Source: Syntrophorhabdaceae bacterium
GTDB lineage: Bacteria; Desulfobacterota; Syntrophorhabdia; Syntrophorhabdales; Syntrophorhabdaceae
NCBI GenBank assembly: GCA_963665295.1
Contig: OY762209.1
Coordinates: 4,704,001-4,768,000 of the forward strand
Reading direction: 5' to 3'
Length of the DNA: 64,000 bases
In this document: piece after piece, positions 56,854 to 64,000 of the stretch
Numbering within the stretch: the first letter of the stretch is position 1
How the letters are laid out: every line of letters begins with the position of its first letter
Program-made: the position numbers and the translations under genes
Notes under the pieces: model-generated
What the model saw: the letters and a program-made list of their open reading frames with translations, nothing else
What the model was told of the DNA's origin: nothing
The model's database searches: none

Positions 56854-57282
56854 ATGTTTATTAAACAGATATCCATCGTTCTGGATAACATCCCGGGAGC
56901 AATGTCCCACGTAAGTGAACTGCTCGGCAGGGAAGGGGTAAACATCAGGGCTATCTCGGTCGCAGACACGTCGGATATCAGCACGGTCCGTTTTGTGGTG
57001 GACGACCACGTAAAAGCAGTCAACATCCTGAAGGCAAACGGCTTCAACACAAAAGAGACGGACGTCCTTGCAGTAGAGACCCCGGACCATCCGGGCGGAT
57101 TGAACGCGGTGCTTAAGCCCCTCAAAGATGCGAACATCAACGTCCATTACCTCTATCCCCACTTAGGGAGAGTCGGTGGGCAGGCTATCGTAATCCTCGG
57201 CGTGGACAAGATCGAAAAAGCCCAGAAGACCCTGAAACAGAACTGGATAAGGACCCTCGGCAAGGAACTCTACAATATCTGA
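56854..57282 (+). CDS. tandem ACT domain protein
   Basis: QISIVLDNIPG..NIRA; DHPGGL. Confidence 0.85.
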   Translation: MFIKQISIVLDNIPGAMSHVSELLGREGVNIRAISVADTSDISTVRFVVDDHVKAVNILKANGFNTKETDVLAVETPDHPGGLNAVLKPLKDANINVHYLYPHLGRVGGQAIVILGVDKIEKAQKTLKQNWIRTLGKELYNI

Positions 57283-57457
57283 CCCCCTCCGGTTTCGTCA
57301 TAAGCCCTCATAGCTAGCGACATGACATGGCCACAGGTGCGCTGTTGCCGACAGTGTAACTCGTTTTTTCCTTCCCGGCTTACTCTCAAAACATGGGAAA
57401 CAACTCGAAGTAATGGTACGTAAGGCTTTAAAACTCATGGGTAATAAGGCACAGGTG

Positions 57458-58486
57458 TCAGCCTTTCAGGGCTATGTCTCTCGTCTTTATGCGGTAGAGT
57501 TTGATGAGGCGGAACATCTCTTTTGTGGAGATCGACCGTCGTTTGAGGATGGCCTTTCTTTTTGCGAGCATCTTCGGGAGACCTTTGATGCTGTCTTTGT
57601 AGGCTTTGAAGAGGATGCCCACCAGTTGGCCTCTGGAATGCTCCTTGGAGAACTCCCCTGACGCGCCCTTGCCCGCGAGGGCGCCGTAGGCCTGGCACGC
57701 GTAGCGCAAAAACGTGAAGAACTGGCCGTAGAAGACGAGGAGCAGAGGGAAATTCTTCACCATGAGCCACATCCTGTTGCGCTCCACGAGGTATGCCTTG
57801 AATGCGGAATAGGTCCCCGAGGAGGCGGAATGGAGGTGCCGGGCCCGCGCGGACGGGGCGTAAATGCAGCGCCACCCCCTGATCCGGGCGCGCCAGCCCA
57901 GGTCCGTATCGTCGGCATAGGCGAAGAAATCCTCGTCGTAATATTCCTTTCCCAGCCGGATATCTTCGAGCATCTCCTTCCTGTAAAGGGCGCAGCACCC
58001 GCTCGCAAAAAACACCTCCTCCTCCCGGTCATAGCGGCTTGCCGCCTCCAACCTGCCCCGTCCTATGGACAGGCCGTCGGGAAAGACCGTAATCCCCGCC
58101 GCGTCAAGGGCGTCAGGAGGGTCAGGAACGTAAATCTTCGACGCGCACGCGCCGAAGCGGGGGTCCTTATCGAGGGCTCTTTTCATTTCGCCGATACATA
58201 GGGGATCAAGTTCCGCGTCGTTGTTGAGGATGAGGATATAGTCGCCCCCGGCCCGGTCTATCCCGATGTTGTTCCCTCCCCCGAACCCGAGGTTCTTTCC
58301 TGTTTCAATGAGGACCACATTTTTGTAGCCCTCCCGTACGATATCGGGAGAGCCGTCCGACGAGCCGTTGTCCACTACAATCACTTCGAGGGCGGGGTAG
58401 TCCTGGGCGAAAACGCTGTCGAGGCAGCATCCTATGAAAGCCTTCCCGTTCCAGTTCAATATGATGACCGTGACCAGATCGTGCAT
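57458..58486 (-). CDS. GT2 family glycosyltransferase
   Basis: LNWNG, VDNGSSDG, LNND, FFAYADDTDL. Confidence 0.92.
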   Translation of the reverse strand: MHDLVTVIILNWNGKAFIGCCLDSVFAQDYPALEVIVVDNGSSDGSPDIVREGYKNVVLIETGKNLGFGGGNNIGIDRAGGDYILILNNDAELDPLCIGEMKRALDKDPRFGACASKIYVPDPPDALDAAGITVFPDGLSIGRGRLEAASRYDREEEVFFASGCCALYRKEMLEDIRLGKEYYDEDFFAYADDTDLGWRARIRGWRCIYAPSARARHLHSASSGTYSAFKAYLVERNRMWLMVKNFPLLLVFYGQFFTFLRYACQAYGALAGKGASGEFSKEHSRGQLVGILFKAYKDSIKGLPKMLAKRKAILKRRSISTKEMFRLIKLYRIKTRDIALKG

Positions 58487-58535
58487 CTGTCAAATGTAGT
58501 GTATAGGGCGACATGAAGTCAAGACAGATTTGGTG

Positions 58536-58940
58536 CTATTTCTTCCCCACGTAAGAATCGAAGAGGCTTTTCCCCACGAAAAAGTCCGCCCACGCCATAC
58601 CGATATCGGGCAGGGTCGAATTTATGATCCACTTCCCCGGGGGCACAGATTGGGCGACGAACTGGGCAATGGTGAAATGGGCCATGAAGACGGTCCCGTA
58701 AACAACGATCAGCCCGTTAAGGAGGTATCCGTACAAGGCCGTTCTCTTCGAAAGGAAGAGTCCTGTCACCACAAAAACGTCCACGAGGGGAAATATGAAG
58801 GCGAGAAAATTCGTGGCATTAAAAACGAGGATGTCAGGATGGAGTGCATCCTGGGGCGTCATGAAGGGATGAATCCTGTAGTGGAGAAGGAATCCCGCTA
58901 CGGCCATGATAAAGAGGGCGGCAATGAGGGCTCTTCTCAT
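58536..58940 (-). CDS. multi-TM hypothetical membrane protein with His residues
   Basis: 3-4 TM; LLHYRIHP, MAHF. Confidence 0.75.
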   Translation of the reverse strand: MRRALIAALFIMAVAGFLLHYRIHPFMTPQDALHPDILVFNATNFLAFIFPLVDVFVVTGLFLSKRTALYGYLLNGLIVVYGTVFMAHFTIAQFVAQSVPPGKWIINSTLPDIGMAWADFFVGKSLFDSYVGKK

Positions 58941-58944
58941 CCCG

Positions 58945-59052
58945 TCACCCTTTAAAGAAACCGGCGATGTGACCAAGATAAAGGGTAAATCCGACAGCGA
59001 AGGCGTGAAGTATCCACCACCCCGGCTTGTAACGCATGAAATACCGGATCAT
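58945..59052 (-). CDS. 35-aa membrane microprotein (PxWWxxH-x10-GH)
   Basis: GGAGG RBS; MIRYFMRYKPGWWILHAFAVGFTLYLGHIAGFFKG; absent from the ORF track. Confidence 0.7.
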   Translation of the reverse strand: MIRYFMRYKPGWWILHAFAVGFTLYLGHIAGFFKG

Positions 59053-59053
59053 C

Positions 59054-59167
59054 TCACCTCCACAACAGATGCCCTATGGTATAGACCACCGATATCCCTA
59101 TGAAGTGGATGACCCACCATAGGGGTCTCAAGAAACCGATCTTCCTGGAAATGCTTTCGTTTTCCAA
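59054..59167 (-). CDS. 37-aa membrane microprotein, paralog of the adjacent one
   Basis: TTG start; MENESISRKIGFLRPLWWVIHFIGISVVYTIGHLLWR; stop 1 nt before the next ATG. Confidence 0.65.
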   Translation of the reverse strand: MENESISRKIGFLRPLWWVIHFIGISVVYTIGHLLWR

Positions 59168-59270
59168 TCCCGCCCGCCGATATTAGTAATGTCTCTACTC
59201 CTATAAGCATGTCAGCAAAGCATTTCAAGACCGGGAGGTAATATTTGTGAAGGCAAGATCCGGCACGCGC

Positions 59271-59954
59271 TTACGCGGCAGGGAAAAGTTCCCCATCTAT
59301 CATATTGAATCTTCTCCTGCCTATCGCGCCTATCTCAGGGTCGTGAGTGACAAGGATAAGAGTGGAAGAGAGTTTTTCGTTCACGGAGAGAATGTAGTTG
59401 AGCACCTCGCGCCCCGTTTTCCGGTCCAGGTTGCCCGTCGGCTCATCGGCAAGGATCACCTCGGGCTGGCTCACAAGGGCCCGCGCGGTGGCAACACGCT
59501 GCTGTTCGCCTCCCGACAACTCCCCCGGTTTGTGGTTCTTCCTCGCGGCGAGGCCCATGATCTCAAGGAAGGCTTCGGACTTTGCCGTCGCCTCCGCCAT
59601 GGCCATGCGCCGGATCAAAAGGGGCATCCTGATATTCTCGATCACGTTGAAATCCTGAAGCAGATGATAGAACTGGAAGACAAACCCTATATTCTCATTC
59701 CTGAACCGGCTTGCCTCGTCTTCAGAAAAGCGATGGACGTTCCGTCCCCTGAACAGTATCTCCCCTTCCGTCGGCTGGTCGAGAGCGCCCAGTATATGGA
59801 GGAACGTGCTCTTCCCTGCGCCGGACGGCCCCATTATGGTAATCAAATCACCCTTTTCCACCTCAAGATCAACCCCTTTTATTACATTGATCTCTACGCC
59901 GTTCTTTTTGTATGTTTTTTGGAGCCCTTTTACGCTCAGTATCGTCTCACTCAT
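59271..59954 (-). CDS. lolD: lipoprotein-releasing ABC transporter ATPase
   Basis: [33 protein letters not shown]. Confidence 0.9.
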   Translation of the reverse strand: MSETILSVKGLQKTYKKNGVEINVIKGVDLEVEKGDLITIMGPSGAGKSTFLHILGALDQPTEGEILFRGRNVHRFSEDEASRFRNENIGFVFQFYHLLQDFNVIENIRMPLLIRRMAMAEATAKSEAFLEIMGLAARKNHKPGELSGGEQQRVATARALVSQPEVILADEPTGNLDRKTGREVLNYILSVNEKLSSTLILVTHDPEIGAIGRRRFNMIDGELFPAA

Positions 59955-61149
59955 AACGCAGCGTCTCCACAGGGTCTATTTTTGCCGCCCTATAGGACGG
60001 GTAAAGAGTGGCGAGAATACAGATACATGTAGTCACGAGGGCCAGCAGAAACACGTCGAACACGCTGATCTTCATGGGCAGGGTGCTTATATAGTAGATG
60101 TCCTTCGGCAGCGTGATAATCTTGTACCTTTGCTGTATCTCGCAAAGCAGGTAACCGCTGAGGGACCCTATGAGGGCGCCGAAAATACCTATGGTTATAC
60201 CCTCCACCATGAATATCTTCATAATGCTCTTCTTTTTCGCCCCTATGGCCTTCAGGATGGCCACGTCTTTCCTCTTCTCCATGACGGTCATGATGAGGGA
60301 GCTTACGATATTGAAGCTTGCAACTACTATGATGAGGGCCAGGATGATGAACATGGCGATCTTTTCGAGCTTGAGCGCCGAGAAGAGGTTCCTGTTCATC
60401 TGTATCCATGTGCGGGCAAAATATCCCGGACCGAGACGCCTGATGATCTCCTTCTGTATCTCGTTGGCCTTGTACACGTCGGCAATCTTCACTTCTATAC
60501 CCGTCGGCCCAAGGCCGAACATGCTCTCCACATCGGCGAGAGACATGATAATGAGGGTATTGTCGATCTCATACATGCCCGTCTCGAATATACCGCCTAC
60601 CCGTACCTTAACCGTTTCCGGCACCGCCCCCATGGGAGAAACACCGCCGAAGGGCACCATAAGGGTAAAGGCATCTCCATTGAACAATCCCAGGTGACTT
60701 GCGATCTCCTTGCCGATAAGGATGGTGCCCGGCTTCGCCAGGGCGTCTATCCTGCCTTCCTTCACGAGTCCCGACATGAACCTTATCTCGTCGGGATTGA
60801 GGGACTTTACCGCCACCCCCGAAAGCTGGGCCCCTCTCTGGACGATAGCCTGAAAGGTGACATAGGGAAACACGTGGGTCACGCCAGGAATCTTCCTGAC
60901 TGTCTCGAGGGTCTCCTTTGAGGCCCCGGCCACGCCGCGCTGGTCCCAACCGATGACAATATGGGGGTTGATGCCCAGTATCCGTTCCCTGATCTCGTCC
61001 TGAAACCCCGTCATTACCGCAATGACCACGATCAGGGCCATTACTCCTATGGCGATACCCGCCACGGACATCCAGGTAGTGAAAGAGATGAACGCCTCTT
61101 TCCTCTTGGAGCGAAGATACCTTAATCCGACACTGGTCTCGTATTTCAT
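59947..61149 (-). CDS. lipoprotein-releasing ABC transporter permease LolC/E
   Basis: VMTGFQ..INPH, EK..VASFNI, YPSYRAAKIDP. Confidence 0.9.
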   Translation of the reverse strand: MKYETSVGLRYLRSKRKEAFISFTTWMSVAGIAIGVMALIVVIAVMTGFQDEIRERILGINPHIVIGWDQRGVAGASKETLETVRKIPGVTHVFPYVTFQAIVQRGAQLSGVAVKSLNPDEIRFMSGLVKEGRIDALAKPGTILIGKEIASHLGLFNGDAFTLMVPFGGVSPMGAVPETVKVRVGGIFETGMYEIDNTLIIMSLADVESMFGLGPTGIEVKIADVYKANEIQKEIIRRLGPGYFARTWIQMNRNLFSALKLEKIAMFIILALIIVVASFNIVSSLIMTVMEKRKDVAILKAIGAKKKSIMKIFMVEGITIGIFGALIGSLSGYLLCEIQQRYKIITLPKDIYYISTLPMKISVFDVFLLALVTTCICILATLYPSYRAAKIDPVETLRYE

Positions 61150-62609
61150 GGCCTCAAAAGCGGAAAGAGGATCACCTCGCGTATGGACTGGCTGTCGGTG
61201 AGAAGCATGGTAAGCCGGTCTATGCCTATGCCTTCCCCCGACGTGGGAGGCAGCCCGTATTCAAGGGCGGTAATGTAATCCTCGTCCATCATGGCCCCTT
61301 CTTCCTTTTCCCTGATCTGTTCGAGGAAACGGGCGGCCTGGTCCTCCGGGTCATTCAACTCATTGAAGCCGTTGGCGATTTCCATGCCGGAAATATAGAG
61401 TTCGAACCTTTCCGTAATCTCGGGCCTTTCCTTGCTCCGTTTTGCCAGAGGAGATACTTCCACGGGGTAGTGGGTGACGAATGTAGGCTGTATCAACTGT
61501 TTCTCGCACAATTCCTCGAAAATCCTCGTAATCAGCTTGCCCTTCGTGTCCTTGTCCACGTCCTCGATCTCCAGGCCTTTGGCAAAAGATACGAGAGTCT
61601 GCATGTCGTCGGCCTTTCCGAGATCGAACCCCCCGAATTCCTTCAGGGCGTCTTCCATGGCGATCTTCTTCCACGGGGGCGTGAAGTCTATCTCCCGGCC
61701 GCTGTACTCTATCTTGTAGCTCCCATACAGTTCAAGCACGAGGGAAGAGACCATATCCTCGGTAAGGGCCATATTGTCCTCGTAAGTTGCGTAGGCCTGG
61801 TAGAATTCAAGCATGGTGAATTCGGGGTTATGGCGAACCGAGATACCCTCGTTCCGAAAGTTCCTGTTTACCTCGAACACCCTCTCCATTCCTCCCACCA
61901 CGAGGCGTTTCAGGTAGAGTTCCGGCGCGATCCTCAGATAAAGGTCCATACCGAGGGCATTGTGATGGGTCACAAAAGGTTTGGCCACGGCCCCGCCCAG
62001 GATGGTGTGCATCATGGGGGTCTCCACTTCCACGAAATCCCTCTTGACGAAATAACTCCTTATGAATTCAATAATTTTCGCACGTTTTATAAAGACTTCC
62101 TTTACCTTTTCATTTACGATCAGATCAAGGTACCTTTTCCTGTACCGCTCCTCCACGTCCTTGAGACCATGCCATTTTTCCGGCAAGGGCCGAAGCGACT
62201 TGGTAAGGAGCTTCACCTCTTCCGCAAGGATGGTGAGTTCTCCCGTTTTGGTCTTGAAGACCTTGCCCGTTACGCCGATAATATCGGAGATGTCGAATTT
62301 CTTGAAGATATCGAAGGTAGGGCTTTTCAGGATGTCCTTCCTCACGTAAGCCTGTATCCGGCCTTTCCGGTCCTGGATGTGCAGGAAAGCGCTCTTGCCG
62401 AAATCCCTGAAGGCCATGATCCGGCCGGCTACAGCCACCCGTTCCTCCACCTTTTCAAGCTCGTCGTGATCCAGTGCGCCGAACCGGCTCTCCACGTCCA
62501 GGGTGGTCGTGTAAGGACCCCTGTCCTGCGGATAGGTCTCCACACCCTGTTCCCGCAACTGCTTTTCCTTATCTTTTCTTACCGCCACAAGTTCATTTAT
62601 CGGTTCCAT
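61146..62609 (-). CDS. lysS: lysine--tRNA ligase (class II)
   Basis: LPEKWHGL, RIAPELYLK, FRNEG, HNPEF, GIGIDR. Confidence 0.97.
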   Translation of the reverse strand: MEPINELVAVRKDKEKQLREQGVETYPQDRGPYTTTLDVESRFGALDHDELEKVEERVAVAGRIMAFRDFGKSAFLHIQDRKGRIQAYVRKDILKSPTFDIFKKFDISDIIGVTGKVFKTKTGELTILAEEVKLLTKSLRPLPEKWHGLKDVEERYRKRYLDLIVNEKVKEVFIKRAKIIEFIRSYFVKRDFVEVETPMMHTILGGAVAKPFVTHHNALGMDLYLRIAPELYLKRLVVGGMERVFEVNRNFRNEGISVRHNPEFTMLEFYQAYATYEDNMALTEDMVSSLVLELYGSYKIEYSGREIDFTPPWKKIAMEDALKEFGGFDLGKADDMQTLVSFAKGLEIEDVDKDTKGKLITRIFEELCEKQLIQPTFVTHYPVEVSPLAKRSKERPEITERFELYISGMEIANGFNELNDPEDQAARFLEQIREKEEGAMMDEDYITALEYGLPPTSGEGIGIDRLTMLLTDSQSIREVILFPLLRP

Positions 62610-63888
62610 TCTCTTCCTCCCGTATCTCCACTATAACATCATAATCCATAGTTTTCACTACTTTACCTTCTCTAATCTCTCCTATCTTCCCATTGCCCCT
62701 GACAAAGGCCAGTCCGTCGATATCCGGGGCCTGGGTGAGAAGCCTTCCCACCATGTGTTCACTCTCCTGCCCCTCTATGATGACCTTCACGGTCTTCCCC
62801 ATGAGACGGGTAAGGCGTTTCCTGGAAATCTCCTGCTGGACCTCCATAACCTTTCTGTACCTTTCCTGTTTGAGGCCCTTTCTTAACTGCCCCTTCATCT
62901 TGAAAGCAGGGGTGCCCTCTTCTTTCGAGTACATGAAGGCGCCCAGCATATCGAATTCCCATTTCCGCACAAAGGCCATGAGGTTCAGGAAATCGTCCTC
63001 CGTCTCTCCGGGAAATCCGAGAATAAGGGTAGTCCTGAGTGTCATGTCGGGCACTTTAGCCCTGATATTGTCCAGTAGTCCTTCAAGCTGGGCCTTGGTG
63101 TATCCCCTTCGCATCGCGCGGAGAATGGAATCTTCCGAGTGCTGGATGGGCATATCCATATAGGGGATGATCCTGTCTTCGCGGCCCATCATATCGATAA
63201 GCTCGCTGTCCACCCCCCTGGGATGCAGGTAAAGCAGCCTCAGATAATAATCCCCTTCCGTTTCGAGGAGGGATGCAAGGAGCCCTTTGAGGCTCGCACC
63301 CGTATGTCTTCCGAAAGAGGTGATATCCTGACCCACTATGTTGATCTCCTTGAAGCCCTCGGAAAGAAGCCAGAGGAACTCCTCTTTCACGCTTGCCGCG
63401 TCTCTGCTCACGAGGGGGCCGCGGATATCCGGCACCGTGCAGTAACTGCACCTGTTATCGCAACCCTCCTGTATCTTGAGATATGCCGACGGGCCGCTCG
63501 TCAGGACTTTCCGCGGGAAGGTCTCGGAGAAGGCGCCCTCTTTGATGATCATACCGTGTTCGCCCATGAGGCCGCCGATCTCGCGGTAAGAGCCTCTCCC
63601 CACAAAGAGGTCCACCTCGGGCATCAGGTCTTTCAGGCTATCCCTGTAGCGTTCCACAAGACATCCGGTGACTACCAGCTTCCTGCCGGTCCCCTGTCCT
63701 GCCTCGGCCTCCTGGAGGACGGTTTCTATCGATTCCTTTGCCGCATCGCTGATGAAGGCGCACGTGTTTACGATGACCGTGTCGCACTCTTCGGAAAGGA
63801 TATGACCCTCCTTTTCCAACTGATGTGCAATATATTCCGACTCCACAAGGTTCTTCGGACATCCGAGGCTTATTATCTTAAATCTCAA
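62593..63888 (-). CDS. rimO: ribosomal protein S12 methylthiotransferase
   Basis: SLGCPKN, NTCAFI, EGCDNRCSYC, QAPDIDG TRAM. Confidence 0.93.
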   Translation of the reverse strand: MRFKIISLGCPKNLVESEYIAHQLEKEGHILSEECDTVIVNTCAFISDAAKESIETVLQEAEAGQGTGRKLVVTGCLVERYRDSLKDLMPEVDLFVGRGSYREIGGLMGEHGMIIKEGAFSETFPRKVLTSGPSAYLKIQEGCDNRCSYCTVPDIRGPLVSRDAASVKEEFLWLLSEGFKEINIVGQDITSFGRHTGASLKGLLASLLETEGDYYLRLLYLHPRGVDSELIDMMGREDRIIPYMDMPIQHSEDSILRAMRRGYTKAQLEGLLDNIRAKVPDMTLRTTLILGFPGETEDDFLNLMAFVRKWEFDMLGAFMYSKEEGTPAFKMKGQLRKGLKQERYRKVMEVQQEISRKRLTRLMGKTVKVIIEGQESEHMVGRLLTQAPDIDGLAFVRGNGKIGEIREGKVVKTMDYDVIVEIREEENGTDK

Positions 63889-64000
63889 CTATTAACTCCT
63901 TCACCTTAAAATTATACACTTTTCCCCGCATTCTACCTTTCTCCTACCCGTACATCCCGCGCTGATGCCCACCTTATGGCAAAGGAGGAAATCGTATTTC

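Overview
Chromosomal window from a selenocysteine-using, strictly anaerobic diderm bacterium; gene content suggests an aromatic-degrading Desulfobacterota (Syntrophorhabdus-like), which is an inference. (1) 1-8078: class II tungsten benzoyl-CoA reductase operon bamBCDEFG'. Both bamE and bamF carry in-frame UGA (Sec) codons with downstream hairpins. It is followed by putative pterin-cofactor genes (small CQLGCF protein, P-loop protein, radical SAM/SPASM, moeA). (2) 13-35 kb: a large minus-strand envelope signalling and remodelling system: FlgT-like and CsgG-like proteins, a Zn-ribbon/SPFH-like protein, two Ser/Thr kinases, a zincin peptidase, an ECF sigma/zinc anti-sigma pair, an Actinobacteria-like fhaA-fhaB-pstP-pkn-rodA-pbpA block plus mltD, and a second FHA operon. 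Seven copies of one bipartite motif (AGAA-N15/16-(C/G)CGTCT, then AT-rich) sit ahead of these transcription units, moeA and a secreted repeat protein, defining a candidate ECF regulon. A Sec-containing rhodanese-MoeB and a Gly-Gly-terminated partner interrupt the system. (3) 35-64 kb: housekeeping and miscellaneous genes (HU, MutT, AzlCD, aminopeptidase, dodecin, ybaK, vor-type oxidoreductase, GT2, lolCD, lysS, rimO), plus two paralogous His-containing membrane microproteins too short for the ORF track. No rRNA, tRNA, CRISPR array or intact mobile element was recognised. Family calls come from reading motifs, not from database searches.
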